Of a stretch of 36,103 bases of DNA, positions 10,096 to 22,980 are shown in pieces (position 1 is the first letter of the stretch; every line of letters starts with the position of its first letter). Under the pieces are notes generated by a model, which ran no database searches, was not told where the DNA came from, and saw only the letters and a list, made by a program, of their open reading frames with translations. The DNA is from Octopus bimaculoides (taxonomy: Eukaryota): assembly GCF_001194135.2 (NCBI RefSeq), contig NC_068990.1, forward strand, positions 2,550,181 through 2,586,283, written 5' to 3'. A program made the position numbers and the translations under genes.

Positions 10096-11699
10096 CTAAC
10101 TTTAAGACTTTCTAGCTTATATATTTTAGTCTTGTTACCATTCTTAACTATTCACTTCCATTTCTTATAGCATTACTTTATCTCCTATAATATTAGGACG
10201 AAAATTTGTTTTCAAATACACTACATCAATGTTTGCTAGATCTTTCACTAAAGTACTAAATATTCTATTTAGAGAGCAAATTAAACGATATCGCGTTTAA
10301 TTTGCCGTAATACATCACACACTCACGCACAAACACACACAGAGACACTCATACACACACACACACAAATAAACACACGCACACACTTTTATTGTGTCTA
10401 ATGTTTTAGCAAAATAATCTGATTTCTCCAATTCATAGGTAACTCACAATCATATTGAATAGCATTGCGCCCTCTACATATACCTGGTGTCCTTGATATT
10501 TGTTTCAAGTATTTTAAAACACACGCGCGCGCGCACGCAAGCTCACACACACAAACACACACTCTTGTATATGTATGTATGTATGTATGTATGTGTGTGT
10601 GAGTATGTTCGTGTGCAAGTGTTTGTGTATATACGTATGTTTGCCACATTACTTACCTGCAAACCAAGACAGGCAAATATCGTATCGGAAATTATTAGTA
10701 TTTTAATGAATAATGTCAAAAAAAGTCAAACGGGAAGTAGATTATTCATTGATTTTCTTTAAATAATCTTGCTAACATTTTTGCTGGTATTTCCACAAAG
10801 AACTGCCCGAAGGAAGCCAATTTTAACTTTAATAGAAAGTAACCGCTTTCGTTCATAGACGAAAGTGTATAAATCAAAGAAAATTACGAGTAAATAAGTA
10901 TAAACTGAAAATTGTAAATCAATGGACAAGATAAGTTGAGATATATACAAAAGTAGATGGTGGGGGGGATTATCAATTTGACAGCAGCACAATGACAACC
11001 AAAACGCATTGCAGCAATGTCTCTTCTACATACCGAGGCCACTTCACCTGTGGAGTGATCTATCTATATTATTGTGGTTTCGATAACAAAAAAAAAAAAA
11101 ACCCTGGTCGATATACTAGCGAATTTCATTGTTTCCATTCACTGTCACTAGTTCAGAGAGACATGTATCTAGCAGCGATGTGTACTAGCGCTACTTGTTA
11201 TCCTCGACCTTCGCCGTATAATTCTGTGAGCAGATCGAAGTCTCCAAGGTATATGTACAATTGAACTAAAATTCGTTTTGCAATACAAATTCCACTGACG
11301 TTATGAATATATATATGGAGACTGCTATAAAATAAAATATAATTTGCCGAAGGCTAAAAAAATAGTATCAAAGAATTTACACATTTAGTTCCAGCGATTA
11401 TAATATTATAAAATAAAGGTGTGCAATGAAGAAATCGATCAGTTATGGTCTCCCTCTCGCATGGATGGGTAATGTCACTAGCTGAAAGAAATTGCTATAA
11501 ACCCTAATTAGTAAAAGTAAAAAAGGCGAATTGCAGACGGTGTGTTAAACGAGGCTGTAAGATTGAAAATAAAATTAATTTAGGTACATTCAAGCTTGAA
11601 GATTTTAAAGGTAAAGATGTTTGTGATTCTATATAAGTAGTCAAATACAGTGTAAGGATTCGAACCATATGCACAAGAATCATGATTGAGCCATCACAG

Positions 11700-11990
11700 G
11701 CTCACGTGATAGATCTATAATCTACCAATCAGCGTGAAACTGGCGTGATATGGCTCCACGGATAATGTAAAATTCACTCCATTTTTACTATAAAAACTGT
11801 TTGGCTCCTAACTCACCTGGCGCTCTTGGAAGACTTCTAAGACCAGACGACATCGGGCATGCGAGAAAACCATCTTGGACACTCACATAAGGCAGGTCGC
11901 TTAGACCAAACAACTTCAGGCACTTAGCAGACAAGCTTCAGTATGGAGCAACCTTGTACACGCCTAGACTTCTACAGATATAGCGCAGGT
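11700..11990. promoter_or_regulatory. GC-enriched promoter/first-exon-like island
   Basis: About 49% GC by hand count over 11821-11940 in an AT-rich window. E-box TCACGTGA at 11702-09, CCAATCAG at 11725-32, and a consensus minus-strand donor CAG|GTGAGT at 11816/11817. Confidence 0.35.
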
Positions 11991-12154
11991 TTTTCATTTC
12001 AGTCGGTGGTTATAGGAACAGCGAACGTAGTAAATGCTGTCCAGTAGTGAATATCTTCAAAGATAAAAGTTTGAGATTTGTTTCATTTCGTATACACTAG
12101 GTGAGATACCCAGCCTTGCTCGAGGTAAAAATGGCATAGTTTATTATTATTTAA

Positions 12155-12332
12155 CTTGTTTCGCTCATGTGATTGCGGCCATTCTGGAGTACTGCTTTTT
12201 TGTCGAAGAAATTGACCCCAGTATTTAATCTTTGTAAGCCTAGTACTTATTCTATCAGTGTGTTTTGCCAAACGGCTAAGTTACTGGAACGTAAACACTG
12301 CAACATCTTGTCAAGCGATGGTGAGGGTACAA

Positions 12333-12340
<8 letters not shown>
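12155..12340 (-). mobile_element. SINE core/3' portion (second octopus-type family)
   Basis: The reverse complement reads CACCATCGCTTGACAAG..GATAGAATAAGTACTAGGCTTACAAAG..CTGGGGTCAATT..ATGGCCGCAATC, preceded by a GT repeat. Confidence 0.8.
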
Positions 12341-12520
<180 letters not shown>

Positions 12521-12625
12521 CAGGACGGAGCACGTTCTAATACGAGTCCAACTGCTTGCTAGAAAGAGACGCTAATATCTGAAAACTACCTAACATATCA
12601 CCATAAAAATAGCACGCGTCGTACT

Positions 12626-12752
12626 AGTAAATGCATATAACCACGAACAAAAATGCATACACGTGGAACAGAAGAAGCTCCGCAACGTAAATACGTTGTT
12701 CGTAGTTTATATCCACAATAAAAAATGTTGTTCGTGGTGATATGCATTTACT
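12626..12752. mobile_element. Small foldback/MITE-like element
   Basis: AGTAAATGCATATAACCACGAACAA (12626-50) and TTGTTCGTGGTGATATGCATTTACT (12728-52) are reverse complements at 24/25. Inner hairpin CAACGTA-AA-TACGTTG. No clear TSD. Confidence 0.65.
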
Positions 12753-13379
12753 TGGCTGTATTACACTGATGGTAGAATAAGGGATTGCTCCTTAATCTTG
12801 ACATCAATTGATATGTAATGGAACCATTTCATGAATCCGTTTCGTTTATTTGCACGAGTACGAGACGTGTTATTTTTATGGTGGGAATATGAACAATCTA
12901 ATTTTAATTTATATTTTTAATTATAATTTTAATGTTACTTTTTATATATATTATGTAATGTTTAGTAAAATGTGGTAGGACCTGGCGCTTGTAAACATGT
13001 TAGTAATTATCAAGTGATTTAACTAATAATAGTTTAATAGCTTGGGATTTTTGTACTTTTGCTCTCTCGTATGTATAAGAGGGTGATTGCACTCTGGAAT
13101 GTGTAGATATTTACTTGTACTTATGCTGGCTATTTATAATGGTAGATTTAGCATTATATTTCGAAGGTAATCTTCCACTAATATTCATCCCACTATCAGT
13201 AGTCTCCCCTTAACTGTAAAAAAGTTGATAGCCGTATTGGTTGCTAGTACTCATGTTAGTTTCATTGTTAATTTTAATTTTTATTTTATGTTATGTTGAG
13301 ATGGTGTAGAAAGGCATAAGCCGCCTCGTGTCTCTCATGATATAGTCTTCTCCCCCACACCTTTTTATTTACTGGCTCA

Positions 13380-14470
13380 TTTTTCTTCTTTATTTACGTC
13401 TACCCCAGTAACGGTCTTAACTTTCAATTGGTTTAAATGCATGTCTATAACAGATTATCCTTCATCGATATAACAAAAGTGAAAAGCACGCATCCTGTGA
13501 AATGATAACGAATGCTCTGCTTGTATTTTACCTGATAAAAGATCATTTCAACGTAAAAGCATTGGACATGCACATCAATAGCTCGGTATGGACTGAGGGT
13601 GGCCGCATCGATTATATTAAGGAATTTATTAGGATTGTACATAAAGATCATTTACTGTGTATGTAGTGTATTCCGACCATATCTGGGAAGTGGGTAAATA
13701 TCAATACACGGCGCTTGACAGAAGAATCTTCATTCACTTTCGTTAGGTTTCAAACAATTGCCCAAGAATATTATGAAATATGCTTTGATTAGTTGTGTTC
13801 AGGTAGTGAACGATCTATCAATCACTAATTTCAAACAATTTGTGAAGTCATGGTGGTTGTATGCTTACATTATCTATGCGTATGATGATCTTACTTTGGA
13901 CAAGTGTTTAGATGCTCTCAGGCTTAATGAAGAGCTCAGGGATATTTTAACAGAAGAGAAAATTATCTTTCTGCTAGCTCCGTTTTCAAAGTTTAGACAG
14001 ATGCTGCAATACTTGTCAGATACGTTCATCCGATTGAATGAACTAATTATTTCACTTCATGTAAGTATTGCATGTGAGAAGCTAACCTCATTCAACAAGG
14101 AAAAACATCAGAGAAAATAAATTTGGAAATTTTCAACGTGCTTGGATGAAAGCGCAGTCAGATTTGAATCATACCATGATAAACTAATCTAGAAATATCA
14201 ATTTCTTGGAGATTCCTTTTTTATTTGGAGGTTTTGACGCTCGTATCTGCTGAATAAGGAATTAACGAATTCTTTACGGTTCGAAATTACGGATATACTT
14301 AAAGAAGGGTTTTCGGAAGAAAGCCTCATGACCATTTAAAATAATTGGCATCAGAAGTATATGTTGATCGGAAATTCCTACCACAATTCTTGGAGAATCA
14401 CAGATTCGAACATTTACAAATTTTGTAAATAAGCCTTTCGTTTGTGTTAGACTACACAACGTCGGTAACT
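13380..14470 (+). pseudogene. Decayed hAT transposase (Buster/ZBED5/FAM200-like)
   Basis: Colinear motifs across frameshifts and stops: EKHASCEMITNAL (~ETHTTGEDIFN.L), SSVWTEGG (~VGVCTDGA), KQLPKNIMKYALISCVQVVN (~KTLP.DLK.VL..AVKIVN), LRLNEELRDIL (~FELREEI..FL) and LQYLSDTFIRLNELIISLH (~LAYL.DIF.KLNELN.SLQ). Includes the ORF at 13758-14120. Confidence 0.7.
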
Positions 14471-16554
14471 AGAATTTTGCTCCTAATTTCAGAAACATTT
14501 CAGACATTCAATATGATATGGAGATCGTTCTTAATACCAACATAACTCACATTTCAGTGTTAGTTGAATAAATGTTATCGGTTTATGACATATTTCATTA
14601 TTAGTAATACTATAATACTGAGAGTTGTAATTTCGACATTGGTTAATATTTTTACAGGTCATTTTACTTGAAACTTTGTAATATTTAATTTACCAGTTTG
14701 AAATGTTCATTTTCTTCATTATTATATTAACCTTCGAATCAAGGTATGCAAGAAGGATTTGAACCTCTAGACCATATGTAAATTCTGAAAATCTTTAAGA
14801 AACGCTGTATTTGAAGTCTACTGAATTTTAATATTAGGAACGGAAATCAACCTAACAACTGTTAAATGTAGTTTTATTCACATGCGTAACTGCGGTAGGA
14901 AATATTATATTTACTATGATCGAGACACATCTACATCTTAATATTGAAAAAAAAAACACCGACAAACAGTATGTAAACTAAAGCCTGCTATAGATAAAGA
15001 AGGAAAAGACGAGTATTTTAAAAACACTGTTTATTTTCGCCAAAACTAAAACTAAGATAAGATAAATATTAAATGTATCGTAGTCAGACTAAAGAAAGAT
15101 TTTGGAAAGGAAGTGGAAGCTAGATCCATCAGATACAACTGTGTTTCACACAGAATTCTTTTTTTTTTTTGCCTGAAGCATAGGCAAGATTAATGTGGAA
15201 TGCTTTGACGGCTACAATAAAAACACGGAGAAAAACAGAAATGTAAATATTGAAATCAAAGACAAGTAAACAGTATGAAAAGACAATAAAAAAAGTTCAC
15301 CACAGACGGTAGAAAATGGCAAGACTTTATTAGAAATGTATTAGAAGTATTTTGAAGAAAGAACAATATTGCTATTGGCTGCTGCAACAGTGACAATGTG
15401 GCAGAGTAATTGACAAATTATTCACTCACAATAAGCAATAACATTAAAATTCAAATATATTAACCCCCCACAAAAAATCAAAAATTCCTGATATCAGTAA
15501 AATAAATGAAAAAAATAATTGCATCAACATTAACTTGACTGTTGAAATAGAAGGAACAACACCACAAGTGCACGATAACCTCAAAAGACATTTCATCATT
15601 AACATAAATGTGACAATAACATCTATATCGGGTGTATGGAAATAATAAGGTGTTAGACATACGCTAAAACACAGTAATTAAAACGAAAAACATATCAGCC
15701 ACTAAAAATACCAGCAATGACATAATGACGAGTTCCAAGTGAAAGAACGTAAATAGCATCTGAAGTGGCTGTCATTTTCTTATTTTTAGTGCATTCCAAA
15801 TAATATTGATATATGTTTTAATAGTTACGTTTCTCCGTGATCGAGAATTGATTTAGACAATGATACTCTGCAACCATTTTTGCTACTGAATTATTATTGT
15901 TTAACATATAGTCTTCGTAAATATTTCTTGTTTTCCAGCACATTAAATGACGATGTCATTCTGTTTATAGGTACTAAGTTCTCCTACTGCGGATTGGAAT
16001 TGTCATAGAAACACACAAACATTTGGTTGCTCAGCGAATTTAAGAAATTTATTGGAACGCGTGAGATTGTATTCACCAACTTGTCACTTGAAAAGTGTAG
16101 CTATATGAAACATTTAGATGCAGCACACCGCTCTATGTGAGAGAAATAATGTATAATTGGGCCGTATTGTGTTAAGATTTAGTTAATGCACGGATTTCAA
16201 AGAATTGAATTGGAAATTAATGCATCAACAAAATTTAATCCAAAAACGCTAAGGTAGCATACATGAATATATTATTAAACCTTTCTATACATAGCCATGA
16301 TGTTTCTCGTTCGCTGAAAAACATAAATGAATATCTTCTACTAGAGTTGCTTGTGTGTGAGTGTGTAGGTGTGTGTGTGTAAAAATGCTTCACAACCTAT
16401 TTTCTCGATTTTATCTCTCCTCTGGTATAAACCTCTTAGAAAATTCTAATGTGCTCACATCTCCATCACGATCATTTAGTTTATCAACTTTTTCTTCGCA
16501 CATTGGACCCAGTAATGTAGTTTCATTATTTTTTCCTAGTTATATATATATATA

Positions 16555-17003
16555 NNNNNNNNNNNNNNNNNNNNNNNNNNNNNNNNNNNNNNNNNNNNNN
16601 NNNNNNNNNNNNNNNNNNNNNNNNNNNNNNNNNNNNNNNNNNNNNNNNNNNNNNNNNNNNNNNNNNNNNNNNNNNNNNNNNNNNNNNNNNNNNNNNNNNN
16701 NNNNNNNNNNNNNNNNNNNNNNNNNNNNNNNNNNNNNNNNNNNNNNNNNNNNNNNNNNNNNNNNNNNNNNNNNNNNNNNNNNNNNNNNNNNNNNNNNNNN
16801 NNNNNNNNNNNNNNNNNNNNNNNNNNNNNNNNNNNNNNNNNNNNNNNNNNNNNNNNNNNNNNNNNNNNNNNNNNNNNNNNNNNNNNNNNNNNNNNNNNNN
16901 NNNNNNNNNNNNNNNNNNNNNNNNNNNNNNNNNNNNNNNNNNNNNNNNNNNNNNNNNNNNNNNNNNNNNNNNNNNNNNNNNNNNNNNNNNNNNNNNNNNN
17001 NNN
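16555..17003. other. Assembly gap (N run)
   Basis: Run of N flanked by (TA)n. Confidence 1.
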
Positions 17004-17229
17004 ATATATATTATATTATTGTAACTTATTTCTCTCTATTTTCAGTTTTTGTGTCTTTCGTCAAACTCCAATAGTGATCCTTCATTTTTTTTCTGATTCA
17101 GTATAGTATTTATTTTGTCTTTCACGTCTGTTCACTTATCCCTTTTTCCTTTTTTAATCTTTCTCCTTTCTTTTATTTATATGCTTTATTTTTCATGTTT
17201 TGACACGTTCACACACGCCTTTCACCATC

Positions 17230-17785
17230 TTGTCTGCCTATCGTGCCCCAATCATTTCTGACAGTTAAAAAAAAAATACAAATTTTGCATTAGTTTTGTA
17301 ATGCAATTTTGCTTCCCTAACTTCTCACCCCGGCATCAACACCAGACAATCATTTGCTTGTTCAAAGATTTATCCCCCTTCTTTCCTTCCATTTCACAAT
17401 CGTACCCGCTACCACTTCCACACATCTTCGCATATAGTATGATTACACATACAGACAAAATACATCGTCACATATTCACAATCCACGCCACTTCACTTGC
17501 ACGTTTAAACACCACTATGCACACATGCCACCTCCCAAAAACATACACACATCTCTCCCGGATTACGCTAATCTCCATGCATGGATACTTTCCTATACGT
17601 GCACACACTCACCCTTTATCTCATATTAAGCTCCCCAGTTGAAACGTATTCCTACTTGGCCCCTTAATCCTTCCCCCGTATTTTCTTATGAAGCCACTTT
17701 TGCTATTTCACTCTTCTACACTTTACTTATATGCGATTCGCCTGAAAAAGCACTAATGTCCGAAGCGTTACTTTCATTTCAGGCT
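17230..17785 (+). mobile_element. Probable 3' end of a Penelope-like element
   Basis: LTSHPGINTRQSF at 17317-17355 resembles the PLE GIY-YIG C-terminal motif TL.P.GIN.R.SF. A pyrimidine-rich UTR follows, then CTGAAAAAGCACTAATGTCCGAAGCGTT, a decayed CTGANGA..GAAAC motif. Confidence 0.45.
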
Positions 17786-17848
17786 TTATGCTAATAGCTA
17801 ACATGATATTTATTAAAATTTGTCGATGCTGTCCCATCTTCCTAAGCT

Positions 17849-17857
17849 ATATATATG

Positions 17858-17895
<38 letters not shown>

Positions 17896-18015
17896 NNNNN
17901 NNNNNNNNNNNNNNNNNNNNATATATATATATATATATATATATATTCACAGAGAGAGAGAGAGAGAAAGCGAGGCGAGCGAGCGAGAGAAGGATAGATA
18001 GATAGATAAATAGAG

Positions 18016-18051
<36 letters not shown>

Positions 18052-18070
18052 GTAGGTAGGTAGGTAGGTA
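17849..18070. repeat. (TA)n/(AG)n/(GATA)n/(AGGT)n microsatellite complex containing a 25-N gap (17896-17920)
   Basis: Directly visible. Confidence 0.95.
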
Positions 18071-19459
18071 GATAAACATGTATGTATGGCCAATACACAC
18101 AACGTTTCTATTTATTGCCAGCTTGTGATTTAAGCATATGCTGTATTGAAAGCATTGCTGTGATGGAATTGTATTACGTTTACCAAGTAATGCTCATATT
18201 TTGTCATGTGTTCCTTGTCGATCTCCATGGACACGACAATGTGAACGCATGTGTGCAAGTGTGTATGTGTGTGTTTGAGAGAGAATGAGAGAGAGATAAA
18301 GAAATAACAGAGAGCGGGAGAGAGAAAGCATGTGTATGTGTTGTCTATACCTGTCAACAATATTTTCGTGAGTATTTAAATTTATGCAGATGTCAATATC
18401 GATTAAGTGGAACGGTAAATTCTGTACCCAATATATCGATCCTTTCAAATATACAGATGCAAGAAAAATCCACAATTCTCTTCGTTTTCTCTTATTTTAA
18501 CTGTCATTCACGATAGCAAAGTGTTTAGGTTTTCAAATCCAGACGTAGAGTCACGCTATGGCACTGGACTTGAAGTATCTTTAAAACATCGAACAGAAAT
18601 GTTCCTAGTTTCGGTTCTTTACGCTCTGCTGCTTAGGCCCAATTCTAATTTGCATTTTATTCTTTCAGGGCCGATAATATAATATACCAATAACATACCG
18701 TGGTGGATTTAACGAACTAATATCAACGTTTCTCTGGCTTTTTGAAGTCTAAAACTGAGTGGACTATCTTAGAATTGCTTGCATTTATGCGACACATAAA
18801 GGTTCAGTTCTAGTCTTCTGGATTATTATTATTATTACGTTTTTTTTTAAGAATAGCGATATCGAATATGATTCGCTTCAAAAACATATAATAATTCATA
18901 ACATTAAAAATGAGATCAGAAAATTTTCACTGTTGCTTTTGCTGTTTAGGTGCAGGTTAACCCTGCATAATCATTTCGTTTAGGTGTTGTAATTCCTTAC
19001 ATAACCCTTCAATTGTTCAAGGATATTTCGGGGCTAATATGTATTAATCTTGACTTGTAGTTCTCCCATTTACCAGTTCACAATCCATATTTTGCCTTCA
19101 CATATACTGAAGGAAAAATGTAGTTTTCTGTGCAACATAATTTATTATATAATATCAACAGCGCTATATTAATTTCACACAAGCATTCTTCGAAACAACA
19201 TAAAGGAAAATAAATTTAACAAAAACCTGTGAATAGGGACGGTAAATTTGTCAACGTAAAATATAATTACTGCAGTGGAATCCATACATTTCGTCCTGAG
19301 TTTCTAAACACTTTCTCCCCGTTGAATATAAATAGTTGTTGTTAACTTAGTAGTTGTCAAAATTTGACTGTATCCTCTTTTAATAACAACTGCGAAATAT
19401 GATCCAAATCCTAAAACAAATAGCAACCGAATTTGAAACAAGTTAAATATTTTCGTAAC

Positions 19460-19625
19460 TGTTTCTAATATAAGCACAAAGTCTGGTATTTGAAGGAGAT
19501 GGACTAGTCGATGCAATTGATCCCAGTACTTGAATGATACATGATTTTAACCTAGAGGTGTTGCGAACCCAGAACGTAAAATGTCGGATCAATCACGACA
19601 ATGAATTATTCCGGCAATTTAAAGA
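19460..19625 (-). mobile_element. Degenerate tRNA-derived SINE
   Basis: GGACTAGTCGATGCAATTGATCCCAGTACTTG and GAACCCAGAACGTAAA match the reverse strand of the SINE family. Confidence 0.55.
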
Positions 19626-21510
19626 TTTCTCTAGCTCTCTGCCTTCATTTTTCCAATGGAATTAAGAAACTATAACTATGGATTTATTTAGTCTTAAGGT
19701 TTACTTTCCCAAATCAAATATCCTCTGAGAGTAATGAATTCCAGCTTTCAGAAATTCGGGAGATCTAAACCCCATGTGTTTTTGGTAACAAGCCTCGTGC
19801 GCTGTGCTGGAGAACGTCCTCATTCAAAGTATTAGTCACTCGACTAACTGTACCACAATGTACAAGTTGATGCTCGTATTTCTACAATCAAAATCTTTTG
19901 ATATATGCTATAAGAAGGTAGTATCGCTAATATATATTAAGATAAAAACATAAACATACAAAATCTAATGTATACACAGGTAATATTGCATGTGGTATAT
20001 AGACATCTTCAAGTAATATGATTATTATAGTAGCATAAGTATCCCTGTTATTTATATTTCCAAGGCAATAAATTTCAGTGCAGACCATCATTAACCTAAT
20101 AATACTCGCCAATATTTTAGCAGTAGATAAATCTACTGAAGCAGTCAAAATTGTATTAGAACACAATTTGTCTTGATTTATTTATGTCTAATCTCTTGGC
20201 TTCGAAAAATGAAAGTGCTTTATCAAAACTGCCTCATAATCATTCAGGATTAGAAAATAACATACTCTTACAATAAAATAGGAGACTTTGAATAAGGTAA
20301 TCTTTGAAACAACATACCTGAAAGAAAAATATGGCAAGGTCATGATTAGCACACTTTTTCCCATTCCGTGTTCAATGCGAACTGTCCAGAAGATCAACGT
20401 AAACAACAGGAACGAAATTTGTGACATGTTCTTAAACCAGTTTTGATTTGTAAATGTCTGTGATCGAGGACAAAATTACTAGTTACTCTTTTAAAATTGT
20501 TCGCTTAATCTAAATATCAACGTTTGTTTATTATTACTATTGAGATATTAAGAAGTTCGTTAAATGGATCACGTGTGCTCTCTCTGACGTTTTTATCGCC
20601 TTATTTCTTTGGATTACGACGACGAAGCAAGCAAACGGAATCCGAAATTTTAGACTTCCTCATTGTTAGTGATGATTGTGTTCAAAGTATCGGTTTATAG
20701 ATAAAAGTATTTATCTGGGTCACTACAATATTAATGATTACATGTATAACCTGCAGGTAGGTGATTTTCGAGAATATGGTCCAAAGCGTGATAGACATGC
20801 ACAGTGTACTTTGAGATGTTAGGGAATTAGTCAGATGTTTCGTCTGCAGTCACAAACTAATCAACAAATACAAAGCAAATATTCAACAAACACACTTAGG
20901 AAACAACAAAAAGGAACAGTAAACGGTCTAAAATAGCTCAGTGTTTCATACTAGCTATTTAGCAAACTCTAAGGGGAAGTTAAAACTCTGAGCCAAAACA
21001 TATATATATGCAAGCCATTGACTTAAGGTCCAGAAGAAACGCATGAAACATAACATAACAAAGAGTGTTCTCTTAAGACCATTCATCAAAAAGAAAAAAA
21101 TTCAATTTTTTTTTTGTATCACTCGCTAGATAATATTTTTATTGAATGTATTTCTTTTATGATCAAATTATACTTCGCAGAGGGTAAAAGTTTCGTTGAT
21201 TTTAGACAGCTTACACAAAACGTTACCATGATAGAAACATACTACCTAATCTGGCGTTGCGGGTAAAGTTAGTTGAGAAGCAGGTGTAACGAATCATTAA
21301 AGATGTGTTAAAAGATTTCTTTGTCTTATTATTTGCATTATGGTTTACTCTACGCCAACACAAAGGTTTTGTCGACGAGAAATCAGGATTTTGTGCACTT
21401 GAAGAATTTCAATATAGTCTGGAATCCGACAGTGTTGATAGCGCAGAACTCGGGATGAGTACTCTGAAAATGCCCTATTTTATACCCTACTGTATATATA
21501 TATATATATA

Positions 21511-21691
21511 NNNNNNNNNNNNNNNNNNNNNNNNNNNNNNNNNNNNNNNNNNNNNNNNNNNNNNNNNNNNNNNNNNNNNNNNNNNNNNNNNNNNNNNNNN
21601 NNNNNNNNNNNNNNNNNNNNNNNNNNNNNNNNNNNNNNNNNNNNNNNNNNNNNNNNNNNNNNNNNNNNNNNNNNNNNNNNNNNNNNNNNNN
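21511..21691. other. Assembly gap (N run)
   Basis: Run of N flanked by (TA)n. Confidence 1.
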
Positions 21692-21706
21692 ACATATATA
21701 TATATA

Positions 21707-22257
21707 ATGAAACATCAAGTCAACATCATGGTGTTTGGAGTGATCACTAGTGAGGGCAACTTTATGCCTCCATTCATCTTCCCGCACGGTCTCAGACTTA
21801 ACACGGAGGCCTACATGAAAACCTGCTCTGGGTCAAGAGAGTGGCTGCTGGAAGACCTTATGTCTGGCAACAGGACTCTGCACCATGCCACACAAGCAGG
21901 AGAACCCTGTCATCGCTCTGATATTTTCTGCGATCACACCACCCCTAACACGTGACCACCTAATTCCCGAGAGTGCAACCCCCTTGATTATTATGTGTGG
22001 GGTGCACTTGACGGGGGAGACCAACAAGACTCATTGTAACACCAAAGGTAAACTAAACGAAAAGATAATGGCAGCATTCACCAATAATCTAGAAGAGTTG
22101 CAAGAGATTCCGAAGTCATTTGGAGGTCATGACGGAACCCAATGCCGATTTTATTGAATAAATTTACCCATTAATATATCAAGATATTTTTTTAATGTAA
22201 CTTTGGTAAACATATCTGTTAAAATGTGATAGACGACAATATATTCACCGCATTCTG
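21707..22257 (+). mobile_element. DD37D (maT/Bmmar1-like) Tc1/mariner 3' half, decayed
   Basis: MKHQVNIMVFGVITSEGNFMPPFIFPHGLRLNTEAY, VWQQDSAPCHTSRR and PNSRECNPLDYYVWG, with about 37 codons between the second and third Asp allowing for a frameshift. Ends ..CTG-TA at 22257-59. Confidence 0.85.
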
Positions 22258-22667
22258 TATTTATATTATGTATATGTATATATGTTAACCAGCGTGTACC
22301 TCTATCCATATGCGACTCTTTTGATTCTACCCTATGCGTATGCCTATATTTGCATACTTTTTTCTACCTCAGGATAGACCTTTTCATAACCGTCAACGCA
22401 AACGTTCTCGCTCATATCGCCTATATGTTCTCAAAATGTAACTTTCCCAAATAAAGAGCTCTTCTTATGAGGAAGCTATAGGATGTTATCCTGGTACTCA
22501 ACTAAAAGTCTACCAAAACATTATATAAGAAACAGCTGTAAGCTAACGAAGTTCATTACATAACGTTTAGTTTTCGTCAGGTGTCATCTGCTTGCTTCCT
22601 ATACGTATATTGAGTTTTACACTAGGTTATTAGTTTCGCAATGATTAAGCGAAATATTGAATTATAT

Positions 22668-22668
<1 letters not shown>

Positions 22669-22745
<77 letters not shown>
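22669..22745. repeat. (CA)n(TA)n microsatellite
   Basis: Directly visible. Confidence 0.95.
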
Positions 22746-22748
<3 letters not shown>

Positions 22749-22980
22749 AACAGGAAATGTGAACTGGACAAACAAGTAATAATCGACACACATCCATTCA
22801 TTTATTATACATACCGTCGTACGCTTTCATACGTCTATTGCTACTACAAAGATAACTTGATGCATCGTGTCAGATAATAGCATCGATCATAAATATTGGC
22901 ATAAGGGCGTAAACATTCAGCATATCATACAACTTACCAGAGATATCAAATCTGAGATGAAGTACATGCAAGAATTATGA

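Noticed and set aside
11583-11609. 27-nt plus-strand microexon candidate (GTFKLEDFK or VHSSLKILK)
   Set aside because: The acceptor lacks a pyrimidine tract and the donor is modest; its apparent partner at 13747 is a transposase relic.
12095-12125. ACTAG..ACCCAGCCTTGCTCG resembling a Helitron-like 5' end
   Set aside because: Too short, and no 3' hairpin/CTRR end was found.
15939-15970. 32-nt plus-strand exon candidate (TLNDDVILFI)
   Set aside because: Weak donor and phase incompatible with the other plus-strand candidates.
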